From positions 14,976,150 to 15,040,149 of the forward strand of contig NC_134026.1 of assembly GCF_964204645.1 (NCBI RefSeq): DNA of 64,000 nt. Direction: 5' to 3'. The stretch is from Tubulanus polymorphus (lineage: Eukaryota; Animalia; Nemertea). Position 1 is the first letter of the stretch. Every line of letters begins with the position of its first letter. A model generated the notes under the pieces. That model was not told the origin of the DNA and made no database searches. It saw only the letters and a list, made by a program, of their open reading frames with translations. The position numbers were made by a program, and so were the translations under genes. Positions 12,739-25,654 of the stretch are shown here, in pieces.

Positions 12739-14847
12739 CGGGTTTAACACTTCATGTAACGATGTAGACAACGCATCTCTTAGCTCTTTAAAAGTAATCA
12801 GTTCAAAGTTCGATTAATTCTACTACAGAAATACAAAACCACCAAGCTAGCATTCAATACAACCATGTCAGCAAGCCCATAATTAGAATTTCTTTCATGA
12901 TCAATTATGTTAGATCAATGATATCCTTATATATGCGCTAAATTTCCTGAAACTAATATTCAGAATTTAGGCCACTGCTTGTTTTGAACAAAATAAGAGA
13001 ACAAATATGTTCTACAATTTCTTTCGTGTATATATATTATTATTACTCATATTCACCTATCATTCACAATATTAAACCCGCTTAGGCATTTTTGGGTTTA
13101 TCTGAGTTCATTTGTACAATAGCTTTAATCTCAAATCTTTTGAATATTTGCATTCGTGTCCACTTCAATAGTCATAGCTATAAATGACGTTTCCGCGATA
13201 TTTCGTGGTCGCTATAGTACTTTTCGCAGGCGGAGCGAGTTTTAGCCAAACGATAAAGGAATAATGTGTTGTAAGTGTTAATTTTTCCATGGTTTTTTGT
13301 ATCTTAGTAAATTGAGTATTTGGCCATACTTAGCTTGTTGAAATATCTATATAATCTACGATAAACTTACAGAAATACGACAATTTGTTTGTCATTAAAT
13401 TACTGCTTCACCTATTACATATCAATAATTGTTTGTTCAATTGGCAATAGATTAAGAACATTCTCACTTTATTTCCAGAAACCGTATCGAGTTCAAACAA
13501 TAAACTTCTATCATCAAGTTCTTAAAAAACGAGTTTATCAAATTCATTTCGGGCGCCTCCGGTATACTGCTTATAGCTAATGTCTCTTTTCTGGAAACTG
13601 GCGGGTGAAAAGCTTTGATTGCTATTTGCAATCCTCGCGGGTAGGTAAAATGATTTGTCATTCATAGTTCATGACAAATCTTCCGTCAGTGTTTCCCTTC
13701 ATCCGGTAATTACTCAGAGTGATTATTCAGAAATTCAGTCTTCGGCTATACGTATGTAACCATTCATTATTCCTGGCGTTTACAAGTCTCATGATTGTTG
13801 CGTTTTCACTTCTTTCAGATTATGTTTCGTTATCATTCATTAATAATACGGAAGGCAATGTGATTAAGTATCAATATGTGAGCAAAATGTAGAAATTGTA
13901 ATAAAGAATCAGGGTTTAAAACCGAGCATACTAAGTTTCGTTGCATTTATTTATTAGTTATGGGCTAGGCCTACTGTTATATTTTACGTGCACTACCTGG
14001 AACGACAAAGTACTCACGCACCAAGTTAGGTCAAGATTGATTTTAATTATAGTGTCATCGTTAGACTACGACAAAACTGCTTGTTTCTCAACGGTTTCAT
14101 TTTCCGCGTGCGTCACAGAAAATGATGCAAATAAAGGTGCGCATCCCGCATGCAGAGATCTGTTTTCGTTTCTTATTTTAAAAATGTAAAACACTCAAGT
14201 TATGGTGCAACCCCTGAAAATTTGACTTTAACCAGAAAGAACATTTGTTATCATTATCATATGGCGCAAAGAAAAATAAACGATTATAAAATTATTGTTG
14301 TGGACTTTTTTGGCGCGAAAAAAGTACGACAAAGCGAACGTAACTACATGCTAACATTCAATGACAGAAAATCAATAAACATACGGTAACGGGCTGTTAA
14401 TTTTCGGATTTTAAGATCGTGAGCCCTGCTCTAGAGTATGTACGAACTGGATGACTGAATGTCTCCGTGAGCGATGTATAATCTTTCTGTGTAACGTGGA
14501 CTACTAGTAGCCTACTAATTAAAGCAGTAAAGACACGCATGTTTTTATTCGATACTTGTGTTTCCAGCCGGGAGATGTTTGAGTTGAGAGGAGGTTTAAC
14601 GTAATTATGGTCAAAAAGTTCGAGTTTAACGAATATTTGAGCTGAGCGATTTCGAGTAGAGTGAATTTAAATGTATGGTTAAACATAGGAGAACGCAATA
14701 AAATTTCAATGAATTGAAGAGTTGAACGGATTTTCGGTTAATTGGATTGAATATGTATTTCCAATCAAAAGGTGGCTCATACAAATGCGGATGTAGTTCT
14801 GATACGAAAGGACAAATCAGATGGAAGCAATACGGTGTCCAATACCG

Positions 14848-14931
14848 TGACGTCAGCGCATCGCTAGTAATAAGTAAATGCCGTGTTCAGTTCCGAGAGA
14901 CGCTCTGCTTATCTTATGACTCCAGGACCTG
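14848..14931 (+). promoter_or_regulatory. Candidate promoter and non-coding first exon of the IMP-L2-like gene
   Basis: CRE palindrome TGACGTCA (14848), Inr-like TCAGTT (14887) and strong donor G|GTAAGT (14931/2); an acceptor AG lies at 19735-6 just before the ATG. Inference only. Confidence 0.25.
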
Positions 14932-15048
14932 GTAAGTCTAGCTTAAACAATCTTCGTACCTGTTCATGCAACATTTTGAATATTTTGAACTGGTTCTTGA
15001 TCTATTCTTAAATTTAATATATCTATTCTAAAATTAAATATACCACGG

Positions 15049-15345
15049 CTAGTTAACAGTATCAACGCGTTGAATAAGTTTTTGTTCCATGGTTTCGCGC
15101 GAATGCTCATTAGAAGTGTTCATTTTATGTAACGCGGTCACTTTTAGGTTACTGATAGTGTGGTTCGGAAGTTTGAAATGTTCGCCGGTAGGTTTATCCA
15201 TTTTCTCTTGTCTGATATCAAATTTGTAACCGGTCAAGCATTGACGTAATGTTTGTCCAGTTTCTCCGATGTAGATGGTTCCAGGACAGATATCGCATGT
15301 GATATCTGTCATACACATTTGAACTGTAGAATATTCATACATCAT
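15049..15345 (-). pseudogene. Penelope-like element GIY-YIG endonuclease remnant
   Basis: TCDICPGTIYIGETGQTLRQ...GEHFKLPNHT...MEQKLIQRVDT. Confidence 0.75.
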
Positions 15346-15984
15346 GAAAACCTACACTACATGTATGCAGTAATCAAACTTTCACCGATGTTGGATATTT
15401 TAATAACCGTTAGGCTTTTTCAGTATTCTAAAGCAGAAAATAAAAAGCCAAATAAATAGGCCCTATTCCCATTGGTACAATTGTATAATGGGTACAGCTG
15501 TACCGTACACCTATCAGTCAGGATTGGAGAAATCGGTATACCAAACCTACGTACAGCATAATGTACACAGGCCTACAATGATTTCTGGTGTACAAGCCGT
15601 GACCACATGAACGTTTTGGATCTAGGTTTGACTATTAATTTCAGCAGGTCAGAGAGGCATGAGTAAAATTTAATTGTTTGGCTCAAATCAATAAGCCTTT
15701 CTGCGCGTGTAATACTGTATTGTTTTAATAATATCGAGTGAATAGTGCATTTACTGCATGTGATAACGGTACCAGTTATAGTAACATCAGTGTAGGGCCG
15801 ACGAGAGGTAAAAGTTGTGTTTGTAGTATGTAGGCATCGTAGGCTTATCATACTCACTTAATACTTAAAACGTTGTTGTTGCCTTACGTGACTGTACGGT
15901 GATTTCCACAGGTTAGCCGTAGGCCTATGTGAGTACGTTGACGCTATGACTTGCAATATTGGGATTCGAAACCAGAGAGAAAAT

Positions 15985-18900
15985 GGGGATTTTGATTCAT
16001 TAGATTAAGAATTAACTGATAGAAGATAGAAAAGAAATATGCAATCAAAACCAATTTTTAAAATCATTGGATAAAGGAAATGAAGTAAATGAAGATACAA
16101 TTCAAGACCCACCAATTATAAATACAATTTAAAAAAAAATAGTTATGACAAAAGGAAAAATTGATTTTAATTATACAACTCATTGTTGTTCTTGTGAAAA
16201 GCTATTTTATTCATTTGAGAAAAAAAGCTAAAGATCGTGATCATCTTAGTCCGAAATATCGTGCAGCTGCTCATGAAGATTGAAATTTCCAAGCAAAAAA
16301 GTTAATTTCGTACACATATTATTTCATAATTTATCAGGATATGATACCCGTCCATTTATTAAACAATTATCAGGAGAATTAGGTGTAATTAATCAGGAAA
16401 TAGAAGAGTATAATGCAATAAATGATGCAAATGTGAGAAAATATGATTTTAGAATATTAGCGAAAACATCGGAAAATTATATTTCGTTTCAATTTGGTTG
16501 CTTTAGATTTTTAGATTTGTATAGATTTTTAGCAAGTTCATTAGATAATTTAGCTAAAAGTCTAGTTGACAATTATTTTATAATAATGCGATATCATTAT
16601 CCAAATGAACAAGATTTTAAATTATTAAGATATAAAGGTGCAATTCCTTATCAATCTTATAAAACACACGATGATTTAAAGTCGCAGAATTATTAAAAGA
16701 GCAATTTTAGAATCGATTGAAAAATGAACACGCGAAAGTTTTTATTAGAACTCTAAATATTTGGAATCATTTTAGAATGAAAAATCATGGTGAATTAGTT
16801 GATTTATATTTAAAATCAGATGTTATGATATTTGCTGATATATTTGAAAAATTAAGAGAAGTTAATTTAAATCATTTTAATGTTGATCCTGGTTATTATT
16901 ATTAAAGCCCTGGTTTAACTTTGCATGTGGTTTGAAATATACAAATGTAGCAATAGATTAATTCAAAGAACCAGATATGGCATTATTGTTTGAAAAATCA
17001 ATTCGAGGTGGAATTAGTGGTGTTGTGGGAGATAGACATTATAAATCAAATGATGAATATAAATTATCATATATTGATAAAAATAATTTATATGGTTGGG
17101 CAATGATGCAATATCAACCATACATAATTTTTATATAAACAGAAGTTGAAAATGATGACAATACTGATTTAGAAGATGATGCTCCAATTGGTTATTTCTT
17201 TGTAGTTGATATAGAATATCCTGATGAAATAAAATTTAAATCTAAAAATTTACCATTTTGTCCTGAACATATAATTGTAGATGATAGTTATTTAAGTAAA
17301 TATCAGAAAAAAATATAACCGAAAGATCATGTTTTTATAAAAAAATTAATAAGTAATGAATATAACACAAAATAATGAATATAATTTCTATTGTTCATTA
17401 AAGAATGTTAAAATTTTACATAACACAGGAAATAAAATTAAAGAAAGTTCATAGATTTTTTAAATTTAATTCATCGAAATGGTTAGAAAAATATCTAGGT
17501 TTCAATACTCAGCAGCGAACAATTTCAAAATCAGATTTTGAAAAAGATTTCTTTAAATTAATGAATAATAGTCTTTATGGTATAAATCGTGTGAAAATAA
17601 ATATTTGAAGTGATATTGAATTAAAAGATAATTCTGCTGAGTGGCTGAGTTCAGGTTACCGCTCGCGGTCAGCAGACATTGTTACGCAATGGCGTTTAGA
17701 CGTCTGAATTGCATGGCTCGTGCCATCACCTGGCGATTTGTTTTTCAGGTCGAGGTCAAGGTTGTTTATCAGCATACATAGTACCATAAAATTTCTGGAC
17801 TGCGGAATAGCGTATACCTCCGCAACCTGGCGAATAAGTAACGCCAAGCGAATCAGACAATTCAATAGATAACAACCCTCTGGGGAGGTCGTGAGAGGTT
17901 GCCTGTCGGTTTTTTGGAGGTAATCGATACCGGAGAATGCGCCGATACTAAAACCATAACGCCAAATCGATTTATGGTGTTTAAGTGATATAAGAGGTGA
18001 AAAAACATTTGAAAAAAAGTTGAACCAGTAACGGAATTTGAACCGGTAACGAGAAATTTGAATCGGGAACATGTAATGGTTCCTTGTTCCTCAATGGGAG
18101 ATGAATTCTGAATGGGTAACAACCCTCTGGGCAGGTCGTGAGAGGTCACCTGTCGGTTTTATGGAGGTAATCGATACCGGAGGATGCGCCGATACTAAAA
18201 TCATAACGCTAAATCAATTTATGGTGTTTAAGAGATAATAGAGTCAATAATAAACATAAACAAGGCAATTTGAAGAACCCCGAAGAACCTATCTTTTAAA
18301 ATCGAAATATGATGAGTGTATCCAGGGATAGTTATTTAAGAATTGACAGGGTTTTAGGCAAAATACCTCTCCTAACCTGGACCTTTGGCCATAGAGCTCC
18401 AAAATCACTAGAACTCCAAAATCACTCCAAAAGGCACATCCCCTGGGGTAATCATACTATGAAATAGCATTGTCTTGTTACCAATGGTTCTTCCTGAATC
18501 ATGTTTACAAGATTTCACATGAATGACCTGTAGTGACCTTGACCTTTGATCCTAGGACCCCACAATCAATGGGGCACATCCTCTCCATAGGGGTAATCAT
18601 AGTACGTAATATCATAGTCCTGCGATCAACGGTTCTTCTTGAATCGCGTTCACAAGGTTTCACATGAATGTTCTGTGGTGACCATGACCTTTGGCCCCCA
18701 AAATCAATAGGGCACATCATCTCACTAGGGGTAATCGTACTGTGTAATATCATAGTCCTGCGATCTTAAATGATATTCAAGATTATGAAATGGTTCCTTT
18801 TTTTAACTCCGTTATTTGTGAAGAGATAGCAGTTATATAGTAGCTTCTTCACGTTGATTTCATGGGTTAAAAAAACGTACTGTAGGTACTAGACAGCGGT

Positions 18901-19588
18901 TTCTATGAAATTTAATGTTTAGGCACCGGTACATCATTTCTGGTCGTAGCACATTTCACGTTTGCAGCTGAAACTACGGGCCGACCTAAAGCGACCTTGC
19001 TCAATCCCCGAACTGATAATATTCGGTTATACAAAGTTCGCAATAAGTCATATTAACTTCGATAACCAATGTCTGCACCGGTGCCGTTCTCTTTCCTCGA
19101 TTCTGACTGCTCCTGCACATTGTTACTGACAACCAGCGTGAAATAGTACCAGATAAAATTGTCTGTATAAGTGGGATTCGAAGCTAACTCTGTGCATCGA
19201 TTGGTCAGATGCATTGTCCGACACCGGGTATCCCTGCGGCAAATCCCGGTTACTATTTATACTGAAAATGAAGGAATTCCGTTTTATCAAAAAACTACGC
19301 GATTCCGTCATTACCCGATATGACAACACCGACAGAATGTGTCATTTGCCTTTTTATGAGAAAGCTGACAGGCCATAGTACCCCTCAGGGCTCTTGTTTT
19401 TTTTTCTAATTTTATTGTTTTTAAGTTCAATTTCATTTGTAACATCAACCAATTTCTTCGATGGTTTCATTCTGTTATGTATTGATGCCAAAAAGGTCTT
19501 TCTGTCTCCCATTTATGAGGAGAAAAATAAGGAGTGTGGACGACTCATGCATCGTCTCCTGGCCTGAAAGCGCCATTTTCCCATTACT
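15985..19588 (+). mobile_element. Polinton relic F (C subfamily), heavily deleted and interrupted
   Basis: Decayed pPolB at 15985-17632 (FHNLSGYD, YLKSDV, KLMNNSLYG); 19400-19512 on the minus strand reads MGDRKTFLASIHNR (homolog of the 108-aa terminal ORF); terminus ...TTTCCCATTACT at 19588. Confidence 0.8.
17633..19396 (-). mobile_element. Non-autonomous Helentron/HINE-like repeat(s) inserted in relic F
   Basis: The end AACAAGAGCCCTGAGGGGTACTATGGCCTGTCAG (minus strand) resembles the start of the 51999 insert; sits in a T/A run; internal direct repeats (about 17870 and 18117) and TGACCTTGACCTTTG-type repeats. Confidence 0.45.
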
Positions 19589-19745
19589 TCCGTGAACGAA
19601 ACCAGTCTAAATCTTTAAGTAGGTGTAGTAATACGAAGGAATAATTTGTGTGCTGTGAAAGTTTGAAAATGCGACCCGATAATCAACACTGAATCAGTAA
19701 TATTTATAAAGTTTATCATTTTATTTCAATAAATAGGATGAGAAA

Positions 19746-19844
19746 ATGTTGGGATTACTCTTGACGTTCGCTTTTCCAATTAGCTTTCTTCTAATATGCT
19801 CCCCGATGAACCATACGTACGGGATGACTAATGCCATATTTAAG
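19746..19844 (+). CDS. IMP-L2/ZIG-like secreted two-Ig protein, coding exon 1 (signal peptide)
   Basis: MLGLLLTFAFPISFLLICSPMNHTYGMTNAIFK then GT donor, phase 0. Confidence 0.75.
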
Positions 19845-19926
19845 GTAGTGACGTGAATAGCATTAAAACATTCAAATTCATATTTTGCTTTGTCAAATTA
19901 CGACCCTTCAATTTGTTGTGACACAG

Positions 19927-20115
19927 GTTTCCAGACGGATTTCAAAAACAGATCCTCCTATGAGCTCAACAATACAGCCAAGATTATTCTTTAGGAAAGT
20001 GGCTGTAGATCGAATCACAGTTAGATTCCACAGTAGCCATAAGCTTAGCTGTGAGGCTGGTGGAAGTCCAACTCCTACAGTTTATTGGTTGTTTAATGGT
20101 TCGAGAATAATACAG
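19927..20115 (+). CDS. IMP-L2/ZIG-like protein, coding exon 2 (Ig1 N-half)
   Basis: CAG|VSRR...LSCEAGGSPTPTVYWLFNGSRIIQ|GT, 189 nt, phase 0/0. Confidence 0.9.
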
Positions 20116-20238
20116 GTAGTATTCTAAGATTTCTTTATTATCAAACCACCAGTATGATATTGAATGTTCTCTATTCCTATAACCTAAGAAAATATCAAAG
20201 TATATATGCTGCTTAATTATTTGTTATTATTTTGGCAG

Positions 20239-20434
20239 AGCAACTACTTTGATAGGGACCACGCTGTCCCTGAATTTGGAACTGTTTCCTCTTCTTCGGA
20301 GAAACTCATTCAATTAGGTTCAACAAAATCCAGGTTATTTATAGACTGTGTCAGTCAAATGAATGTAGGCACCTACACGTGCGTAGCAGAAACCCCGACC
20401 AGTAAAATTGTTTCGGAAACGATTTTGAATATAA
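20239..20434 (+). CDS. IMP-L2/ZIG-like protein, coding exon 3 (Ig1 C-half)
   Basis: CAG|SNYF...LGSTKSRLFIDC...GTYTCVAETP...|GTAAGT, phase 0/1. Confidence 0.9.
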
Positions 20435-20562
20435 GTAAGTAATTTCTGCAATTTCCATGAAAATGACCATTAGTAGAAATCACCTTCACGACCTACTCAT
20501 TTTAATCTTATCATCTGATTCTACAATATTTTTTTCAACGATTACCCTTTACTTTATTTTAG

Positions 20563-20616
20563 AACCATTTGGGGATGCTTACGAGGAGAGATGTCTGCTA
20601 AAAAAACAACAGCAAG
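20563..20616 (+). CDS. IMP-L2/ZIG-like protein, coding exon 4 (linker)
   Basis: TTTTAG|..PFGDAYEERCLLKKQQQ.|GTAAG, 54 nt, phase 1/1. Confidence 0.8.
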
Positions 20617-21176
20617 GTAAGAAAAAATGGCAGGCAGTGAGCCATTGCTTGATTGTAATCTTAGTGACTATCAATTTAGTACGTACGCGCGATAGGGGAG
20701 AGGTGCGTGAAAATGCAAACATTTGCGTACAGGGGAGGGAGGGCGTACTTGGCTCTGCGAACGATACGCTCTTGATGATTATTTTGCACTCCGTTAACCG
20801 TTTATTGTTCCCGACGTGAATACGGGAAATTCTCAGAATATCGGGGCATTTCGGCACTTCTGACGTAATTATAGAAAGCCACAAAATGGCGAGGATTTCT
20901 TTTGACGTTCGTACCGTGCAAAGGTTGCTTAGTGTATTCGTTGTGAGGGTTACAATGGAGTCGGCTATCAAATTTAGTATACCGAACTCAGTAAGTAGGC
21001 TTATGTACAAAATACAATATTTGATGAAGTTAGAAGATAATGCAACTTTCTTGCTTTGGTAAAAAATAACTTCCGAACGAAGCTTAGTTTCTCTTCGTGA
21101 TTTTCAAAACATTCAATGCAGTAATGAGATCTCTAACCCTATATAATTCCATCGGAATCCGTTGCTCATTTATTGA

Positions 21177-21345
21177 TTAGGGTTTTCTGTTTCTTCACAG
21201 AAAACCCTATTGAGATTCGCATGATTATTAGGGTTTTCTTTCTGACTTTCGTCGAAAACCCTCTTGTAATTCTGTTGATTATTGTTATTAGGGTTTCTGC
21301 TGCCTCGGCAGAAACCCTATTGGATTCCTGCTGATTATTATTTTC
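21177..21345. repeat. Array of three divergent short stem-loops (TAGGGTTT..AAACCCTA), probable stacked transposon termini
   Basis: Each unit of about 55 bp is TTATTAGGGTTT(T)CT-loop-GAAA(A)CCCT; a partial copy recurs at 30538. Confidence 0.6.
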
Positions 21346-21892
21346 GTCACATTAAAATCATCTTCTATTAGATTTGACTACTAACAACTTTGAAACGAAA
21401 TGTTAAACTCTTATGTTAACATAACACAATATATAATATAATCTCTTTCTACGCATAGTTTTTATGGATGTACTGTGCTTCCTATTTTAAACTTGAAGTT
21501 ACTTAAAGATAACACCGGTGGAAATAGCAATCATCGATCATGGCGCGCATACTGGCTCGAATCTGAATGTTTGTGACGTCATTTCACAAATAAATAAAGA
21601 AGGAAGGCTCAGAGAATATCCAAATCACAGGTTACTGTGAATAACTGGGGTTCGACCATTCGCAAGTAAAAAATGTACTTCCTTGTTTGTGAAGTAAGTT
21701 TATTCATACTGTTATTAAAAACAGTTCCTTTTAAACATTCTATAATAGTATAGTTTTGTTCGTGGATATCAATACTTCAAAAAATCAATAGCGGTTTATT
21801 TATTTACTGTACCGGTACGCGTTTTCTTAATTGAATTGAATTGGTCCGGTCCAAAAGGCGGGTCATACTAGTTATCGTCAGAAAATGTCAGC

Positions 21893-22044
21893 AGTAATTG
21901 GGAATATGGGGGTTCATACCAAAGGTCGAAGGGTCGAACTCATAAAAGATAAAAAATAAATTCTTGCACGCTCGAATTTATTTTTTATATTTTACTCACT
22001 TGCCCCTTCAACCTTTGTTATGAACCCCCATATTCCCAATTACT
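21893..22044. repeat. Terminal fold-back hairpin of copy B
   Basis: Perfect 26-bp arms AGTAATTGGGAATATGGGGGTTCATA / TATGAACCCCCATATTCCCAATTACT, with imperfect pairing continuing to the centre. Confidence 0.93.
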
Positions 22045-22124
22045 CCTAATAATATTCATATATATGAATAACATATAAATGAATAACTTCTAAAATGAAT
22101 TTTAATAAAAAATTTGATATTAAA

Positions 22125-25100
22125 ATGGAAGCAAATAAGTGCTACTGTCCGTTATGTAAAATTAATATAGATAAATCTCAAAAAGCAAGACATAATAAAA
22201 CAAAATATCACTTAGAGAATAAATTAAAGTAAGAATATAAAGATGATATATTTGAAACTAATTTAGAAGAATTAAAGAATGCAAAAGAAATATATAAATG
22301 TGATACGTGTAATCAATCATTCAGTAACAAAAGATATTTTAAAGAACATCTAAAATCTAAAAGTCATATTAGAAATATGAATAATGATATTTTAGGTGAA
22401 GATTATTTTGATAATGATAATGATAAACCGAAGACAATTAAAAGAATAAAAGATACTTTAAATAATAAGAAATCATATATGGAAAATGTTAGAAATTATA
22501 TTAATTCATTAGATAATAAAAAAGAAATAGAAATAACTGAAGCATTTAAAAGTGATATTGGACCAGCCGCAATTGAGTTTAAATTTCATAAAGGTAAAAC
22601 ATTAGAAGAAAATAAAAAACATTTAGAAAATATGAAAAATATTATAAAAATAATTACAGACGTAGAATATCCTAAAATTAGTATATCCGCTAAAGTTAAA
22701 TTTTTAAATCTGAAGATAAACCAATATATAATATAAATTCTCATTAACAACATATTATTTCAAAACAGCATATAGATGATAGATAAGATAAGTGTTATAA
22801 TGAAATAAAAAGTAAAATAGAAGAGAAATATTTTGAAGGATCTGGTTTAATATTTGATGAAATAATATTTATGACTTTACATGTTTACAATACAAAATGT
22901 AATAAATTAACTAAATCAAAACCAATTGATGAAAATAATTTAATATTATAAAGATGATAATATTAATGGATCAAGTTATAACAAATTACCATTTAAAACT
23001 AATGCAGTTATAAATGTACAAAATGAAGATGATAAATGTTTTCTATGGACAATTATAAGTTGCTTACACCCAACAGAAGATATTACACATAGTTTTAGAT
23101 TAACAAATTATAAACAATTTGAAAAAAAATATAAGATAGACAGTTATCCGGTTAAAATTAAAAATATTCCAAAAATAGAAAGAGATAATAATCTAAAAAT
23201 AAATGTATTCGATTTAACTAAATTACCAAATACAAAAGGCAATAAAATTGAACATTATACATTAGAACCTTTATATCTATCAAACGATTATGATTCAAAT
23301 GGTGTTATACATATATTATATTATGAAAATCATTGTACGTGGATAAAACAAATCGATTTATTTTTTAGAACAGAAAATGATCACCATAAAATATATCTAT
23401 GTAGAAAATGTATTACTAAATTCAGTAATGAAAATATTAGAATTCAAGAAATATGATTACAAAAATAAAGTGCCATTTGTAATATATGGAGATTTTTAAT
23501 CATTAAATAAAGAAATAACTGATCAAGATAGAAAAGAAATATATTATAAAAGAAAGAAATTAAATTCTAATGAAAATGATTTTTCAGAAGAACCACCAAA
23601 AACAAATACTATTAAAAAGATTCATCAATCAGCTGCAGCTTTTGGATTATATATAAAATCTGATTATCCAGAACTAATTGAAAGTGAATATTATCATTAT
23701 AGAAATGAAAATGTTATCAATCATTTTTGTGACTCATTAATTGAATATGAAATAAAATTTAATGAAAGTTAAATGAAAATAAAGAAATTATAATGTCAGA
23801 AGAAGATAAAGAAGAATTTGAGTTTTCAGATAAATGTTTTTATTGTGAAAAACTCCAATTTGGATGCCTAAGATTTATAGACTCATATAAATTTTTAAAT
23901 AGTTCATTAGAAAATTTAACAACCTTGCCATAGTTATTCTAGTCCAGGTTTAACTTGGCATTGTGGGTTAAAATTTACAGATATAAAAATAGACTTGTTA
24001 ACAAATATAGATCAATTATTTGAAAAATCTATAAGAGGAGGAGTTTCGGGTGTATTAGGCGATAGATATTTCAATGTAAATGATAACCCTCGATATAAAT
24101 TATTATATATAGATGCAAATAATCTATATGGTTAGGCAATGATGGAACATCAACCTTATGGAGTATTTGAAATAATTGAAGTTTTACAACATGAAAATAA
24201 TGATAAATTTGATTGGAAGAAAAGAATTCTAGATATTACAGATGATTCAGACACTGGTTACTTTTTTGTTGTAAATTTAGAATATCCCGAAAACATTAAA
24301 TTTAAATCTAGAAATCTAGCATACTGTCCCGAACATAAAACTGTTACACACGAAGAATTATCAAATTATCAAAAAAGAATTAAACCTGAAAATCATATTC
24401 ATACAGAAAAGATAATGGTAACTCAGGAAGATAAATATAATTATATAGTACATTATCGGATGTTAAAATTCTATTTGAATCAAGGAATGATTCTAAAAAA
24501 AGTACATAGATATATTTTGTTCAGTCAATCTAAATGGTTAGAAAAATATACAGATTTTAACACCAAACAGAGGAATAAAGCTAAAACTGATTTCGAAAAA
24601 GATTTCTTCAAGTTAATGAATAATGCATTCTATGGTAAGACTGAAAATATTAGAAATAGAAATGATATTGAGTTAGTTAGTAATGGTAAAAGGATAAGGT
24701 ATTTACAAACATATCCTAAGTTCATAGGTAACAGAATATGTGATGAAAATTTAGCTGCAGTTAAAAAGATTAAAAAACATTAAAACATCATTTTGATTTC
24801 AGTAATTATCCTAAATATCATGAATTGTTTAACAATGATAATAAAAAGCGACCCCGTAAATTCAAAGATGAATTCGGTGGTGAAGAAATGATAGAGTTCA
24901 TTGGAATTCGATCTAAAATGTATTCATATAAAACCAAAACTCATCAAGCTAAAAAGTTAAAAGGAATTACTAAAAGTGTAGTAGAAAAAAACATTCATTT
25001 CAAAGATTACATCAATTGTATATTCAATGAAGAAGTTAGAATACATGTTAGATGAAATGTTTAAGATCAGAAGATCATGAAATGTTTATTGAAGAGATAG

Positions 25101-25255
25101 AGAAGATAAGTTTGAATCCTGATGATGATAAAAGATATATTTTAGATGATGGTATACACACAGTTGCTTATGGTTGCAATTTAGATGAATACTTAAAGTT
25201 TAAAAGAGAAGAAACAAGAGAGAATGAGATTATGAAAAGGATTCTAGCATGTTAA
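22125..25255 (+). pseudogene. pPolB pseudogene with several internal deletions (HNH region and motif C/intein region lost)
   Basis: Collinear with copy A; sequence jumps at about 23852, 23920 and 24767 (ENLAAVK joined to ..KTLKHHFDFS). Confidence 0.88.
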
Positions 25256-25284
25256 TCAAATTTTAATAAAAATATGTATTATAA

Positions 25285-25638
25285 ATGGAGAGTAAACAAG
25301 TACACAGTGAGAACAACAAATCATTTCTAGATAGAATCAAAGATACTACAAATGCTAAATCAGTAGATTATAAATTTAAAAAGTTAACAGAATTAACACT
25401 TCATAAGATATATTTAATTACAAATATTGACACAGTTTCTAACAAATATGGAGATAAATTAGTTATCCACTTAGAATATGAAGGATTAAAAGGAAATACA
25501 TATAAATTCAGAACATATTTATCAGATGGATTTCATAGATTATCAAGTGAAGATTTAGAAGAATTATGTTCTGGCGATTTCTATTTCATATATGAAGGTA
25601 AGAATGAAAAAGGGCATCATGAAATTGATTTCGAATAA
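25285..25638 (+). CDS. Small Polinton protein (possible OB-fold ssDNA-binding protein)
   Basis: 117 aa; NKYGDKL and YEGKNEKGHHEIDF motifs shared with 30744..31070. The fold assignment is inference. Confidence 0.65.
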   Translation: MESKQVHSENNKSFLDRIKDTTNAKSVDYKFKKLTELTLHKIYLITNIDTVSNKYGDKLVIHLEYEGLKGNTYKFRTYLSDGFHRLSSEDLEELCSGDFYFIYEGKNEKGHHEIDFE

Positions 25639-25654
25639 AAAATATGTAAAATAA

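Noticed and set aside
24740-24800. Copy B as a natural intein-less pPolB allele
   Set aside because: The deletion removes about 50 upstream and 15 downstream extein codons including YFD/TD, so it is not a precise empty site.
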